Position numbers and translations under genes: made by a program
DNA from: Blastocatellia bacterium
GTDB taxonomy: Bacteria; Acidobacteriota; Blastocatellia; UBA7656
Direction: 5' to 3'
Length of the DNA: 63,384 bases
Assembly (NCBI GenBank): GCA_036505875.1
Contig: DASXSR010000288.1
Span: forward strand, 1-63,384
In this document: piece after piece, positions 28,001 to 37,185 of the stretch
Layout of the letters: every line of letters starts with the position of its first letter
Position numbering within the stretch: position 1 is the stretch's first letter
Notes under the pieces: model-generated
Database searches by the model: none
What the model saw: only the letters and a program-made list of their open reading frames with translations
Told to the model about the DNA's origin: nothing

Positions 28001-29039
28001 CCATCGTGTTGATTGTGTTCTTGAGCTCGAGGATTTCACCTCGCACGTCGACGGTGACCTTCTTCGACAGGTCGCCGCGGGCTACCGCGGTTGTCACTTC
28101 TGCGATGTTGCGCACTTGAGCAGTCAGGTTGCCGGCCATCGAGTTGACGCTGTCGGTCAGGTCCTTCCAACTGCCCGCGACGCCTTTCACTTTCGCCTCG
28201 CCGCCCAACTTGCCTTCGGTTCCAACTTCTCTAGCAACGCGCGTGACCTCCGAGGCGAACGACCCAAGCTGTCCGACCATAGCATTGACCAGCTTGACCG
28301 ATCGCAGGAAATCACCTCTCAGCGGTCTGCCGTCTACTTCCAACGCCATGGTCTGAGAGAGATCCCCGTTTGCAACCGCGCCAATCACGCGGGCCATCTC
28401 GGTCGTCGGTCGAACCATATCGTCAATGAGAGTGTTGACCGAGTCGATCAAGCTTCGCCACGAGCCGTCAGCCGAGGGCAGCATCGCCCGCTGAGCGATC
28501 TTGCCTTCTTTGCCGACCACTCGGCTCACGCGTTCGAGTTCTCTCGTCAGCCTGTCATTACGGCCGATCACTTCATTAAGAGTGTCGGCAATCTTGCCGG
28601 GAATACCGACCCAATCGTCAGGCAGGCGCACCGAGAAGTCCCCCTTCTTAAGGGCGACCACAGTCTTCAGCAATTCTCTGTCGTTAGGCGATTTGGTGAC
28701 CGCGCCGTCAGCCGCTTGTTTAGCTTTGGGCCTGGCCATGATATCGACGATAGAATTGATTGACTTGAATGATTTCGCCCAGGAACCCTTCGCGGCCGGC
28801 AGCTTCCCGTTTCTTGTGATCTTTTGATCCTTACTTGCGGCTTTGCTTACGCGGTCAAGCTCGCTCGCAAGCTTTGAGTTGAGAGTCGCTACATCATTAA
28901 AGGCTCTCGCGATCTCGCGCTCGACGCCGGTGGACTTCTCAGAAAGCCGCGCGGAGAAGTCGCCTTTCTTTAAAGCCGTCAGCGCCTGCAGCAATTGGCT
29001 GCTGTCTATAGTATTGGTGATCGCTTCCGGATTTGGCAT
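22080..29039 (-). CDS. Giant soluble poly-HAMP hybrid sensor kinase: N-terminal HAMP-like units, about 12 x 92-aa HAMP repeats, GAF, coiled coil, HisKA-HATPase and 3 x REC
   Basis: The ORF has no N-terminal TM segment. The repeated unit is [19 protein letters not shown]...[58 protein letters not shown]. An H-box ([14 protein letters not shown]), N/G boxes and three D-containing REC domains follow. The start at 29039 (MPNPE, preceded by AAGGGGG) is preferred over 29072. Confidence 0.9.
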   Translation of the reverse strand: MPNPEAITNTIDSSQLLQALTALKKGDFSARLSEKSTGVEREIARAFNDVATLNSKLASELDRVSKAASKDQKITRNGKLPAAKGSWAKSFKSINSIVDIMARPKAKQAADGAVTKSPNDRELLKTVVALKKGDFSVRLPDDWVGIPGKIADTLNEVIGRNDRLTRELERVSRVVGKEGKIAQRAMLPSADGSWRSLIDSVNTLIDDMVRPTTEMARVIGAVANGDLSQTMALEVDGRPLRGDFLRSVKLVNAMVGQLGSFASEVTRVAREVGTEGKLGGEAKVKGVAGSWKDLTDSVNSMAGNLTAQVRNIAEVTTAVARGDLSKKVTVDVRGEILELKNTINTMVDQLNAFASEVTRVAREVGTEGKLGGQAVVPDVAGTWKDLTDNVNSMAGNLTGQVRNIAEVTTAVANGDLSKKITVDVKGEILELKNTINRMVDQLNSFASEVTRVAREVGTEGKLGGQAQVRGVAGTWKDLTDNVNSMAGNLTGQVRNIAEVTTAVANGDLSKKITVDVKGEILELKNTINRMVDQLNSFASEVTRVAREVGTEGKLGGQAEVPGVAGTWKDLTDNVNFMAGNLTAQVRNIAEVTTAVAKGDLSKKITVDVRGEILELKNTINVMVDQLNSFASEVTRVAREVGTEGKLGGQADVRGLGGTWKDLTDSVNSMAGNLTAQVRNIADVTTAVAKGDLSKKITVDVKGEILELKNTINVMVDQLNAFASEVTRVAREVGTEGKLGGQAIVPDVAGTWKDLTDNVNSMAGNLTGQVRNIAEVTTAVANGDLSKKITVDVKGEILELKNTINRMVDQLNSFASEVTRVAREVGTEGKLGGQADVRGVGGTWKDLTDSVNSMAGNLTGQVRNIAEVTTAVANGDLSKKITVDVKGEILELKNTINRMVDQLNSFASEVTRVAREVGTEGKLGGQAQVPGVAGTWKDLTDSVNFMAGNLTAQVRNIAEVTTAVANGDLSKKITVDVKGEILELKNTINRMVDQLNAFASEVTRVAREVGTEGKLGGQAQVAGVAGTWKDLTDNVNLMAGNLTVQLRDMSKVATAIANGDLTQKITVDVRGEILQIKEVINVMVDQLNAFASEVTRVAREVGTEGKLGGQADVRGVAGTWKDLTDNVNFMASNLTAQVRNIAEVTTAVANGDLSKKITVDVKGEILELKNTINVMVDQLNSFASEVTRVAREVGTEGKLGGQADVKGVAGTWKDLTDNVNFMAGNLTGQVRGIARVVTAVANGELNRKLTIESKGEIAELANTINAMTDTLATFADQVTTVAREVGVEGKLGGQANVPGAYGTWRDLTDNVNQLAANLTNQVRAIAEVATAVTQGDLTRSIAVEAQGEVAALKDNINEMIRNLKDTTQKNTEQDWLKTNLARFTGMLQGQRDMTTVANMILSELAPLVDAQQGVFYVNQPEAEGQTLMRLLGGYAYSNRKNLSNEFRTGEGIVGQCVLEKKRIMLTNVPNDYIFVSSGLGEAPPLNIIVLPVLFEEEVKAVIELASFNRFSEVHVTFLDTLTESIGIVLNTIEANTRTERLLIQSQSLATELQSQQDELKKTNERLEQQALSLRESEERLRSQQEELQNTNEELKEKATLLAQQKSEVEAKNREVEEARWAMEEKAEQLALTSKYKSEFLANMSHELRTPLNSMLILSRQLAENTESTLTPKQVQFAETIHSSGNDLLSLINDILDLSKIESGMLAIETADVPFIDVMEQMNRSFHQIAQDKGLDFAIEMEPNMPATLSTDQKRLQQVLKNLLSNAFKFTDRGRVSLQIKTVEKRGHFAMDSLNLADLVVAFSVTDTGIGIPADKQQIIFEPFQQADGTTSRKYGGTGLGLSISREIARLLGGEIRVASAAGEGSTFTLYLPRAHKTSGRVSSQASYGLAAVLARNAPSVSPFPVAEYSEVIEIADDRANIAPGERIVLIVEDDALFAQILLDLAHEKGFKGLVAARGDVALTLARKYKPDAITLDIKLPDQEGWTVLDRLKHDPQTSHIPVHVITAYEQARHPRAFGAFMHLQKPVSREQLAEAFDQIAAFSQRDVKRLLVVEDDDAQRMSIIELIGGGDVDTVGVATASEALEALKAQQFDCMVLDLRLPDISGFELIDKIQRELGQNDLPIIVYTGKDLTEKEESQLRQVADAIVVKEVNSPERLLAETALFLHRVEANMPEPKRRMIQEVMRQDPVLAGKKVLIVDDDVRNIFALSSTLESYQMEVFYAEDGREGIKLLQQIPGIDVVLMDIMMPELDGYETMQAIRKIESLAELPIIALTAKAMKADRDKCIEAGASDYISKPLDIDQLLSMLRVWLYGSKAARA
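24950..28250. repeat. Tandem 276-bp (92-codon) coding repeat, about 12 copies, inside the poly-HAMP kinase gene
   Basis: I counted 92 aa from one EVTRVAREV to the next. The first unit starts at about aa 275 of the ORF (about nt 28250). The twelfth, most divergent unit ends near nt 24950. Confidence 0.85.
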
Positions 29040-29209
29040 TGAACCCCCTTTTGGTATCTCACGACACACCACACCTCTTCGGCTGGCGAATGAATCGCGG
29101 GCCGTCCAGTTCGATAAGGTCTATGCGAACGGTCTTTCGGTGGCAAGAGACGAAACTACCGCTTAAGTAAGGACTGGTAGAAATTTGCGACACCGCTAAG
29201 GGTATCGAG

Positions 29210-29253
29210 CCGCACTGGGGAGCGCCGAGTGGCGCTGTTGACTCGCGGTGCGG
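29210..29253 (-). terminator. Nested stem-loop downstream of recA (a possible terminator without a U-tract)
   Basis: The outer stem pairs CCGCAC with GTGCGG (29210-29215 / 29248-29253). The inner stem pairs AGCGCC with GGCGCT (29221-29226 / 29231-29236). No clear U-run follows on the minus strand. Confidence 0.3.
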
Positions 29254-29313
29254 TTCAAGCGTCCGCCAGCATAATAGTTAAGAGGCACAGCAGTTGTCAA
29301 CGGTTGTTTAATG

Positions 29314-30390
29314 TCATTCCTTCGGCGCGACCTTTCTTGATGACCCGCCGATTGCGCCGCCCGCGCCGGCTACTAACTCCTCAGGTTGGACGGTCGAAAG
29401 CCCGAGCGCCTTTCGTACTTCAGTTTCGACGCGGGTCGCCATCTCGCGGTCAGACTTGAGCGTGCCCTTGGCGTTCTCGCGCCCTTGACCGAGACGTTCG
29501 CCTTTGAAACTGAACCACGCGCCGCTCTTTTCAATGATTTTGTTCTCGACTGCGATATCCAACAAATCGCCCACTTGCGAAATGCCTTCGCCGTACATTA
29601 TGTCGAACTCGGCTTCTTTGAACGGCGGCGCGACCTTGTTCTTAACCACCTTGACTTTTGTGCGATTGCCGACTGTTGAATCGCCATCTTTGATCGAGCT
29701 GGTCCGGCGAATCTCGAGTCTGACCGACGAGTAGAACTTGAGCGCGCGGCCTCCCGTCGTGGTTTCGGGATTGCCGAACATCACTCCGATCTTTTCGCGA
29801 ATCTGGTTGATGAAGATCAAGCAAGTGTTTGATCGCGACACTACCGCGGTCAATTTTCTGAGCGCCTGAGACATCAGTCGTGCCTGGAGTCCCGGAAGAG
29901 AATCTCCCATCTCGCCCTCAAGCTCGGCTCTCGGCACCAGCGCCGCGACCGAATCGATCACCAAAACGTCTACGCCTCCCGAACGGACTAACGCTTCCGC
30001 GATTTCCAGCGCCTGTTCGCCTGAATCAGGCTGTGAAATGAACAGGTCATTCACGTTGACTCCCAGCTTTTCAGCATACTTCGCGTCCATCGCGTGCTCG
30101 GCGTCGATGTAGGCCGCCACGCCGCCCGCCTCCTGCGCCTGGGCGACGATGTGAAGCGCGAGTGTTGTTTTGCCGCCCGATTCAGGGCCGTAGATTTCAA
30201 CGATTCGTCCGCGAGGCACGCCTCCAATTCCGATTGCGGCGTCCAGGCTCAAACACGACGTGGAGATGGCGGGCACATCCACAACCTTGCGCTCGCCAAG
30301 CCGCATAATTGAGCCTTTGCCGAATTGCTTTTCTATGTTGGCAATTGCAATATCTATGGCGCGATTGCGCTCAGTTCTGTCGTCTGCCAT
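29314..30390 (-). CDS. recA: Recombinase RecA
   Basis: The product from the ATG at 30390 reads [32 protein letters not shown]. Later motifs include [16 protein letters not shown] (Walker A) and ...[31 protein letters not shown]. Confidence 0.97.
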   Translation of the reverse strand: MADDRTERNRAIDIAIANIEKQFGKGSIMRLGERKVVDVPAISTSCLSLDAAIGIGGVPRGRIVEIYGPESGGKTTLALHIVAQAQEAGGVAAYIDAEHAMDAKYAEKLGVNVNDLFISQPDSGEQALEIAEALVRSGGVDVLVIDSVAALVPRAELEGEMGDSLPGLQARLMSQALRKLTAVVSRSNTCLIFINQIREKIGVMFGNPETTTGGRALKFYSSVRLEIRRTSSIKDGDSTVGNRTKVKVVKNKVAPPFKEAEFDIMYGEGISQVGDLLDIAVENKIIEKSGAWFSFKGERLGQGRENAKGTLKSDREMATRVETEVRKALGLSTVQPEELVAGAGGAIGGSSRKVAPKE

Positions 30391-30457
30391 TTCGTTGTTC
30401 CTTTCGTTTCGGATCTGGAGCGAAGAACGCCCACTATACCACAATAAGCAACAAACT

Positions 30458-30712
30458 TTACAAATCGTTTTTGCGTGTCTTGTTGTGATCTTCCGTTAGT
30501 TTCCGATAAAGCTCTTCGGGCCTGGTTGAGGCGGGCATGGTCTCGACAAGCATATAGTCTGGAATCTGAATGTAGATCGTGTCGCCAAGCGAGTTGCGGC
30601 GTGGAATTTCCCACACAATGCCGTTCCAGGTTGCCAGATCGAACGACTCCGGGTCGTCCGGCGCTCCGCGAATCCTGATCCATGCCTGATGCCCTTTTAG
30701 CGTCACGATCAA
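30458..30712 (-). CDS. Hypothetical small protein (84 aa)
   Basis: This ORF lies between the REC gene and recA on the same strand. I recognise no motif, and the codon usage is unremarkable. Confidence 0.4.
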   Translation of the reverse strand: MIVTLKGHQAWIRIRGAPDDPESFDLATWNGIVWEIPRRNSLGDTIYIQIPDYMLVETMPASTRPEELYRKLTEDHNKTRKNDL

Positions 30713-30844
30713 ACCGCGCCCTTGCCCAGTAACTCACTCGCATCGATTTGTGAATGAGGCTGACGGAGCCAGTTACAAACTGCCACAGGTGCGCCAGGGT
30801 TTTCAAGAGCAGGGAATGTCCTGATCTTTTTGTTGGTGGTGTTT

Positions 30845-31228
30845 CTAATGTTCGTCCTGGTGGGATTCGATCAACAACTCTCGCACGTCTTCGGAGAGTT
30901 CATCGAACAATACGGGCTTGCTCACAGCCCGATTTGCTCCGGCTTTGATTGCCCTATCCATAAAGTCTCTTCCGAGCGCGCTCAGAATCAAAATTGGAAT
31001 ATGTTTCAGATCCGCATCCGCCTTCAGTTGCTTTGTCATTTTGAGTCCGTCCATTCCCGGCATGTTCAAGTCGGTTATTATCAGGTCCGGATGTTCGACA
31101 GAGGTCAGGTACAAGCCTTCCTGCCCGTTCGCCGCAACTATGACGGTATATCCCTCTCTGAGTAGGTGAAGATGAATCAGTTCGCGAGTATCAACCGTGT
31201 CTTCTACGACCAGGATCTTCTTTGGCAA
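30845..31228 (-). CDS. Single-domain response regulator (CheY-like REC)
   Basis: 127-aa ORF with KILVVEDT, D...DLNMPGMDG and the K context ILILSA...AIKAGA. Confidence 0.88.
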   Translation of the reverse strand: MPKKILVVEDTVDTRELIHLHLLREGYTVIVAANGQEGLYLTSVEHPDLIITDLNMPGMDGLKMTKQLKADADLKHIPILILSALGRDFMDRAIKAGANRAVSKPVLFDELSEDVRELLIESHQDEH

Positions 31229-31313
31229 GGCTCATTCTTCCATTCTTCCACATAAATTGTTGTACGCCGAACGGTGAGAGTTTGCAAGTTCCTGGCGAGC
31301 GACGGAGATTTCG

Positions 31314-32138
31314 TCAGATAACAGTCGTGACGATCTCTCTAATACTTCGCTGCAGCTCAAGGTCGTCGGTGATCGGGCTGCTTATGGCCACTTCGCAAGC
31401 CAGATGAGGATGAATGCCGCTGCTCACGAGCTGCGCAGCGTAGACCAGCAATCGGGTCGATACCCCCTCTTCCAGGCCGTGGCCTTTGAGGTTGCGAACC
31501 TTCTGGCCGATGAGCACAAGATCGCGCGCGGTTTGCTCGTCAACCTTTCCCTCGTGGATCAAGACTGCGGCTTCCAAATGCGCCGGAGGATACTCGAACT
31601 CGAGTCCGACAAATCGTTGGCGCGTGGACTGCTTCAAATCCTTGAGAACGCTCTGGTAACCTGGATTATACGAGACGACGAGCATAAACTCGTCGGGCGC
31701 TTGAAGAATCGTGCCGCGCTTTTCGACAGGCAAGATCCTGCGGTCGTCGGTCAGAGGATGAATCAGGACAATCGTGTCTTTGCGGGCCTCGACTACTTCG
31801 TCGAGGTAGCAGATCGCGCCGCTTTTGACGGCTGTTGTGAGGGGGCCGTCGTGCCAGACGGTCTCATCGCCTTCCAACAGAAAACGTCCGACAAGATCGG
31901 TCGCCGATAAGTCTTCGTGACAAGCGACGGTTATCAGAGGACGATTCAAACGCCACGCCATGTACTCGATGAAACGGGTCTTGCCGCAACCCGTCGGCCC
32001 TTTCAACATGACCGGCAGCTTCCCACGATGGGCCGCTTCAAACAGACCGACCTCTTCGCCCACCGGCAGATAAAATGGCTCTCGCACGATCGCGTGTTTC
32101 TCGATTGCTTGTTCGACTGTCGCCTGTTCTGCGGTCAT
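31314..32138 (-). CDS. CbbQ/NirQ/NorQ/GvpN-family (MoxR-like) AAA+ ATPase
   Basis: Walker A reads [12 protein letters not shown] and Walker B reads ICYLDEV. The remaining motifs are typical of CbbQ/NorQ ([19 protein letters not shown]). The start at 32138 (MTAEQ) is preferred, because the upstream extension to 32183 only translates the heptamer hairpin. Confidence 0.8.
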   Translation of the reverse strand: MTAEQATVEQAIEKHAIVREPFYLPVGEEVGLFEAAHRGKLPVMLKGPTGCGKTRFIEYMAWRLNRPLITVACHEDLSATDLVGRFLLEGDETVWHDGPLTTAVKSGAICYLDEVVEARKDTIVLIHPLTDDRRILPVEKRGTILQAPDEFMLVVSYNPGYQSVLKDLKQSTRQRFVGLEFEYPPAHLEAAVLIHEGKVDEQTARDLVLIGQKVRNLKGHGLEEGVSTRLLVYAAQLVSSGIHPHLACEVAISSPITDDLELQRSIREIVTTVI

Positions 32139-32143
32139 ATCAG

Positions 32144-32205
32144 TCGTGATTCGTGAAGCGTGATCCGTGATCTGCCGTTTCACGCATCACGGTTCACGCA
32201 TCACC
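32144..32205. repeat. Heptamer-built hairpin (CGTGATT type) in the divergent norQ-like/mnmA intergenic region
   Basis: The left arm GTGATTCGTGAAGCGTGATCCGTGA was compared with the reverse complement of the right arm, GTGATGCGTGAACCGTGATGCGTGA. They match in 6-bp blocks interrupted by a mismatch at every 7th position. The loop is about TCTGCCGTT. Confidence 0.85.
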
Positions 32206-32221
32206 CTTCCTTGTGTATAAT
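32193..32221 (+). promoter_or_regulatory. Candidate sigma-70 promoter of mnmA
   Basis: TTCACG (32193-32198), a 17-nt spacer, then a perfect TATAAT (32216-32221), about 65 nt upstream of the mnmA ATG. The -35 element lies inside the right arm of the heptamer hairpin. Confidence 0.4.
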
Positions 32222-32285
32222 TTCAGATTACTGAACGACCGGAAATCATAGCATCGCGCTGAGGCGCGGGCAAAGACGGCGAGCA

Positions 32286-33380
32286 ATGAATATAGCAGTA
32301 GCGATGAGCGGCGGTGTCGATAGCTCGGTCGCCGCCGCAATACTGAAGCGTCAGGGGCACGAGGTCGTCGGCTTCACGATGCAGTTGTGGAACCAGCGGC
32401 GAAGACTCGCGCCCAACGAAGAGCCGCAGCCCTCGCGCTGTTGCTCGCTGGACGACGTTTACGACGCGCGATGCGTGGCTGAGGATCTGGGCATTCCGTT
32501 CTATGTCCTTAACCTTGAAGACGAATTCGAGCGCGGCGTGGTCCGTCCTTTTGTTGAAGACTATCTCTCCGGCCGGACGCCGATTCCCTGTGTATCCTGC
32601 AACACCAAGCTGAAGTTCGCACGGCTGGTAAAAGTCGCGCGCGAGGTCGGCGCCGAGCGAGTCGCGACCGGGCATTACGCTCGGGTGGAATATGACGAAG
32701 AGACCCGTCGATTCAGGCTTAAGAAGGGTCGTGATCTCTCAAAAGATCAGTCGTACTTCTTGTTCGAGATGACGCAGAAACAGCTTGCGCGCGCGGAGTT
32801 TCCGCTGGGCGAGATGACCAAGAGCGAAGTACGTGACATCGCGCGAGAGCTTGGACTTGAAACCGCCGACAAGCCCGAGAGCCAGGAGATATGCTTCGTG
32901 CCCGACGGCGACTATGCTCGGTTTGTTGAGAATTACGGGCGGCACGAGATGGGCGACTTGAGAATCAGCGGCGGCGAGATCGCGACGGCGGACGGAAGGG
33001 TCATCGGCGAGCACGCGGGTTTGCATCGCTATACCATAGGTCAGCGCCGCGGCATCGGAGTGGCTGCCGGTGAGCCGCTGTACGTGCTGAAGATTGACGT
33101 GCCTCGCAACCAGCTGGTCGTCGGGAAGCGAAGCGAGTTGTATGGAAAATGTCTGACGGCGAGCGGCGTAAACTGGGTGGCGATCGATGATCCCGACGAG
33201 CCGGTGCGAGCGAACGTGCGAATACGCTATCGAGCGAACGAAGCACCGGCGACGATAGCTCCTATCGAAACCAATCGCGTCCGAGTCGAATTTGATGAGC
33301 CTCAGCCTGCGATCAGCCCGGGCCAGGCAGCGGTCTTCTATGACGGCGACGTGCTCGTAGGAGGGGGATGGATAGAGTGA
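32286..33380 (+). CDS. mnmA: tRNA-specific 2-thiouridylase MnmA
   Basis: The product begins [15 protein letters not shown] (PP-loop). It also has CCS..D, NPC..CN...KF and GHYAR motifs. Confidence 0.95.
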   Translation: MNIAVAMSGGVDSSVAAAILKRQGHEVVGFTMQLWNQRRRLAPNEEPQPSRCCSLDDVYDARCVAEDLGIPFYVLNLEDEFERGVVRPFVEDYLSGRTPIPCVSCNTKLKFARLVKVAREVGAERVATGHYARVEYDEETRRFRLKKGRDLSKDQSYFLFEMTQKQLARAEFPLGEMTKSEVRDIARELGLETADKPESQEICFVPDGDYARFVENYGRHEMGDLRISGGEIATADGRVIGEHAGLHRYTIGQRRGIGVAAGEPLYVLKIDVPRNQLVVGKRSELYGKCLTASGVNWVAIDDPDEPVRANVRIRYRANEAPATIAPIETNRVRVEFDEPQPAISPGQAAVFYDGDVLVGGGWIE

Positions 33381-33397
33381 ATAGTAAAAGCATTGAT

Positions 33398-33482
<85 letters not shown>

Positions 33483-33995
33483 CATCCCTGCTCTTGGTTT
33501 TGGCTGTTTGCCTTTTTAGTTGCTGTGCCTCAAGCCGAGGAGGTGCGTTTCCGGCGGGCGCGGCATTCGGGTCTTGCCCGGTTTGCCATATGAGAGTCAA
33601 AGCGGCTGACGATTGGACGTCGGAAATCTACTATCGCGATGGGACAAAGCTGATGTTCGAGTCGCCGGCGGATATGATGGCGTTTTACACAGAACCGCGT
33701 CGCTATGACGTCGATGCGAGTCATAAGGATTTGAGCAGGGTTGAGAAGGTGACGGTGAAGGATTACCAATCCAGGCGAGTGATCGATGCCGGGGAGGCGA
33801 GCTTCGTCTATAACAGTAACGTCGACGGACCGATGGGGCCGGACTTCATTCCGTTCGGCAGCAGCGAAGCGGCGGAAGCCTTTCTTGCGGCGAACAGCGG
33901 AACGTTGACCTCATTCGGCGATGTAACCGGGGACATGGTTCGAGAGGTGCGAAAGTAAGGGGTAGTCGGAACGATACTTGAGGAACAAGGCTCCG

Positions 33996-36383
33996 ATGGC
34001 AAGAGAAAAAGTTCTTTTCAAAGTTGTCGCCACATTGTTTGCGGTGTTGCTCGCAACGTCCCTCGCGGTTGCCCAGGGGAGCGAGCGTGTAGTTAAGGCG
34101 AAGGGCTACGCATCAGTGGACGGCGTGCGCCCAGGCGATAAATTCAAAATAGCAGTCGCGCTTGAGATCGGGGAAGGCTACCACATCAACGCGCACCATC
34201 CCTCGCTCGACTTCCTGATCCCAACGTCGGTCAAGTTTGAATCGGCGCCGGGAATCAACATCGCCGAGGAAAAATACCCCGCGCCGAAACACCGTCGGTT
34301 CGAGTTCGCCCCCGACACCGAACTCGCAGTCAACGAAGGAACTTTGCTGATAACCGCCGACGCTGAGGCAGACAAGACGCTGAAGCCAGGAACAGCAACC
34401 ATTCGCGCGTTCGTGACCGTACAGGCGTGCAATGATTCCCAGTGCCTCGAGCCAACTGATTTGCCTGTCGAGATACCGATCAAGCTCGTGACGGCGAAGC
34501 AGGGAGTTAAGCCGGCGAATGCTGAGTTGTTCGCACAATCAGCGGCGACGCCAACTGAAACTGACCCGACCGCTGTTCAAGTATCCAGCGCGCTTTTGCA
34601 GTATCGAGGAAGTTCACCATCGCCTAATAAGATCGCCGAATTGATTTCCACACAGGGCCTTGCGCTCACCCTTTTGTTTGTCTTTTTGTCGGGTCTATTG
34701 CTCAACACGACGCCGTGCGTGTATCCCATCATTCCGATCACGATCGGCTTCTTCGTCAATCAGAGCGCGTCGCAACAAGGCAAGCCAAGCCTCAGCCGCA
34801 CGTTTTCAATGTCGTCGATGTATGTGTTGGGCATGGCAATAACTTACTCGATGCTGGGCGTGATAGCGGCGAAGTCGGGGAGCTTGTTCGGCGCCGCGTT
34901 GCAGAACCCGTTCGTGCTGGTCGGGATTGCAGCGCTGATGCTCGCGTTGGCGCTGTCGATGTTTGGCGTTTACGAGTTCAAATTGCCCGACGCGTTGAAT
35001 CGGTTCGCCACAAGCAGTACTCAATCGACGGGCGGGATTGTCGGGTCGCTCGTCATGGGGCTTACGATGGGCATCGTCGCCGCGCCGTGCATTGGGCCGT
35101 TTGTTCTTGCTTTGCTGGTGTTTGTTGGCGAGAAAGGCGACGCGGTTTACGGCTTCTTCATGTTCTTCGTGCTGGCGCTTGGGCTGGGGCTCCCTTATCT
35201 GGTTTTGGGAACGTTTTCGGGTGCGATCAAATCGCTTCCGCGATCCGGGTTGTGGATGGTCACGGTGCGTAAACTGTTCGGGTTGGTGCTGATCGGCATG
35301 GCGCTGTATTTCCTGATGCCGCTGATGGGAAGGTACGCAACCTACGTGTTCGTCACGTTCTTCGCTTTGTCGGCGCTGTACCTGATCTTGTGGGAATCAG
35401 GAAGGGCCAAGCCAAAACAGTTCGCGTGGGTGCTCCGCGCGGTCGGGGTCGGCGCCGCTGTTGTTGCGGTGATGATGTCGATGCCGAAGAAGATCGAAAC
35501 TCAAATCCCCTGGCAACCGTACGGCGAGCAAGCCTTAGTCGAAGCCAAGCAGCAAGGCAAAGGCGTCATCATCGATACTTTCGCTGACTGGTGTATCCCG
35601 TGCAAGGAGCTCGACAACTTGACTTTCACGGACGCGCCGGTGAAAAAGGAAGCCGAGAGATTCATCACGCTCAAACTCAATCTGACGAGCAACGACCCCA
35701 ACTCGGAGGCTGGCCGTGCGAGACAACGATTTGCGATACGCGGTGTGCCGACAGTGCTGTTCCTCGACGCCACCGGCCGCGAGCTTTCGGACTTGCGGCT
35801 AGAAGGATTCGAGAAGCCTTCTGCGTTTCTCGATAGAATGAAGCGAGTCGAGACTCCGGCAGCCGCCGGCGCGATGCTGGCGAAGAACATCCCCGCCGGC
35901 AAGTCACCGATTGCAGACGCGACTGCGGGCGGAAGTACCGCAAGCGTCAGCGAGCGCGAGGGGTCAGAACCGGCGCCGGCAGTCAGCTTGAGCCTGCTGA
36001 GCGGCGGAGCACTCAAGCTCGAATCGCTTCGAGGCAGAGTTGTGTTGATAGACTTCTGGGCGACGTGGTGTTTGCCGTGCATCTCCGAGATTCCGATGTT
36101 CAACCAGTTGAAGAAGGACTACCAGGCACGTGGGCTTGAAGTGATGGCGATTTCGCTTGACGAAGAAGGCGCAGCTAAGGTGAAGCCGTTCTTGAAAGCG
36201 TACCCGATGGACTACACTCAAGTCATTGGGGATCAGAGCACTGCGGCCTCATTCAAGGTCTCCGACTCATCGCTGCCGGTAACCCTCCTGATCGATAAGC
36301 AGGGTCGAATCCGTTTTCGGCATGTCGGCATCACGACGAAAGAAGCGCTCGATACGCAGGTAAGTCAGTTATTCAACGAGTGA
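33996..36383 (+). CDS. dsbD: DsbD-family thiol:disulfide interchange protein with two C-terminal thioredoxin-fold domains
   Basis: The product has a signal peptide and a DsbD-alpha-like domain (VQACNDSQCLEP). The CcdA-type membrane core carries TPCVYP and APCIGP. A Trx domain (WCIPCK) and an additional TlpA/ResA-like domain (FWATWCLPC) follow. Confidence 0.85.
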   Translation: MAREKVLFKVVATLFAVLLATSLAVAQGSERVVKAKGYASVDGVRPGDKFKIAVALEIGEGYHINAHHPSLDFLIPTSVKFESAPGINIAEEKYPAPKHRRFEFAPDTELAVNEGTLLITADAEADKTLKPGTATIRAFVTVQACNDSQCLEPTDLPVEIPIKLVTAKQGVKPANAELFAQSAATPTETDPTAVQVSSALLQYRGSSPSPNKIAELISTQGLALTLLFVFLSGLLLNTTPCVYPIIPITIGFFVNQSASQQGKPSLSRTFSMSSMYVLGMAITYSMLGVIAAKSGSLFGAALQNPFVLVGIAALMLALALSMFGVYEFKLPDALNRFATSSTQSTGGIVGSLVMGLTMGIVAAPCIGPFVLALLVFVGEKGDAVYGFFMFFVLALGLGLPYLVLGTFSGAIKSLPRSGLWMVTVRKLFGLVLIGMALYFLMPLMGRYATYVFVTFFALSALYLILWESGRAKPKQFAWVLRAVGVGAAVVAVMMSMPKKIETQIPWQPYGEQALVEAKQQGKGVIIDTFADWCIPCKELDNLTFTDAPVKKEAERFITLKLNLTSNDPNSEAGRARQRFAIRGVPTVLFLDATGRELSDLRLEGFEKPSAFLDRMKRVETPAAAGAMLAKNIPAGKSPIADATAGGSTASVSEREGSEPAPAVSLSLLSGGALKLESLRGRVVLIDFWATWCLPCISEIPMFNQLKKDYQARGLEVMAISLDEEGAAKVKPFLKAYPMDYTQVIGDQSTAASFKVSDSSLPVTLLIDKQGRIRFRHVGITTKEALDTQVSQLFNE

Positions 36384-36489
36384 CAGTGGCTGGTCAGTGA
36401 GAAAAGGCTTCTGGCGTGTCGGCTTTGGTCCCAAGCAAGGTTGCCAGAGAATGTATTCTGAGTAGATAGATTCTTGAGGAGGCGACGGA

Positions 36490-36903
36490 GTGAAAGCCGT
36501 GATGGATACGAACGTCCTGATTGCGGCTCTCCGTTCCAGACAGGGCGCTTCTTTTGAGATTCTCCGCCGTTTGCGCTTCGGCGAATGGACGGCTGTGTTG
36601 AGCAACCACCTGCTGTACGAATACGAAGAGATCGTGAAGCGGCAAGCGCCAGAGCTTAGGCTGACCTTCGATGATGTGGATCAACTGCTGAACGCTATTT
36701 GTGCTCGTGGGGAAGAGTGCCTCTTGTCACATGGCTGGCAACCGATTCTAAGCGATCCCGACGATGAGCCACTCGTCCAACTTGCAATCGAATCCGATGC
36801 GCTTCGAATCGTCAGCCATAATGTGCGTCACCTGCGGCCTGCGGTGCGGTTGGGAGTTGAACTCTTGCGTCCTCGCGAGTTTCTTGACAAACTGAGATTA
36901 TGA
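36490..36903 (+). CDS. PIN-domain toxin (PIN_3/TIGR00305-like)
   Basis: GTG start preceded by GAGGAGG. The N-terminus reads AVMDTNVLIAAL. Acidic residues lie further along (DPDDEPL..LA). Confidence 0.75.
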   Translation: MKAVMDTNVLIAALRSRQGASFEILRRLRFGEWTAVLSNHLLYEYEEIVKRQAPELRLTFDDVDQLLNAICARGEECLLSHGWQPILSDPDDEPLVQLAIESDALRIVSHNVRHLRPAVRLGVELLRPREFLDKLRL

Positions 36904-37136
36904 AAACGTTACAAGCGCAGGTGCCCGACATCTTGGTCGAGGAAGTTAAGGAGCTGGCTGCAAAGCAAAACGCCAGCATCGACCAAATCGTGTCTCTTGC
37001 GTTGGCCGCCCAGGTTTCTGCTTGGCGCACGCGGGAGAGCATCGCCTCTCGCGCCAACCGTGTAGACTGGCAAAGGGTAGACCAAATTCTCGCCCGCGTA
37101 CCGGACGCACCCCCGCAGCCAGGTGATGAACTCTGA
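36900..37136 (+). CDS. Ribbon-helix-helix-type antitoxin (Arc/CopG/HicB-C-like)
   Basis: 78-aa ORF with an ATGA overlap with the PIN gene. The N-terminus MKTLQAQVPDILVEEVKELAAKQNASIDQIVSLAL has a beta-strand/helix/helix RHH pattern. Confidence 0.6.
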   Translation: MKTLQAQVPDILVEEVKELAAKQNASIDQIVSLALAAQVSAWRTRESIASRANRVDWQRVDQILARVPDAPPQPGDEL

Positions 37137-37185
37137 GCATTCCGTCATGGGCTTCGAGATGGAGATTACGATAGTTAGTTGATGA

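Noticed and set aside
24950-28250. Possible CRISPR array or other non-coding tandem repeat
   Set aside because: The 276-bp period is an exact multiple of three within one uninterrupted 2,300-codon ORF. There is no repeat-spacer structure and no cas genes in the window. The short heptamer hairpins are also not CRISPR-like, as they have no unique spacers.
25234-28763. A series of plus-strand ORFs (e.g. 25234-25821, 27658-28119, 27840-28763) with repetitive products such as ...[26 protein letters not shown]...
   Set aside because: They are antisense or out-of-frame shadows of the 276-bp HAMP repeat. Their repetitiveness simply mirrors the minus-strand coding repeat, and they have no start or SD context or recognisable domains.
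30391-30460. LexA/SOS box upstream of recA
   Set aside because: I found no convincing palindrome of any known LexA-box type (CGAAC..GTTCG-like, GTTC-N7-GTTC, or the gamma-type CTGT-N8-ACAG) by eye. Only a promoter-like TATAGT is visible.
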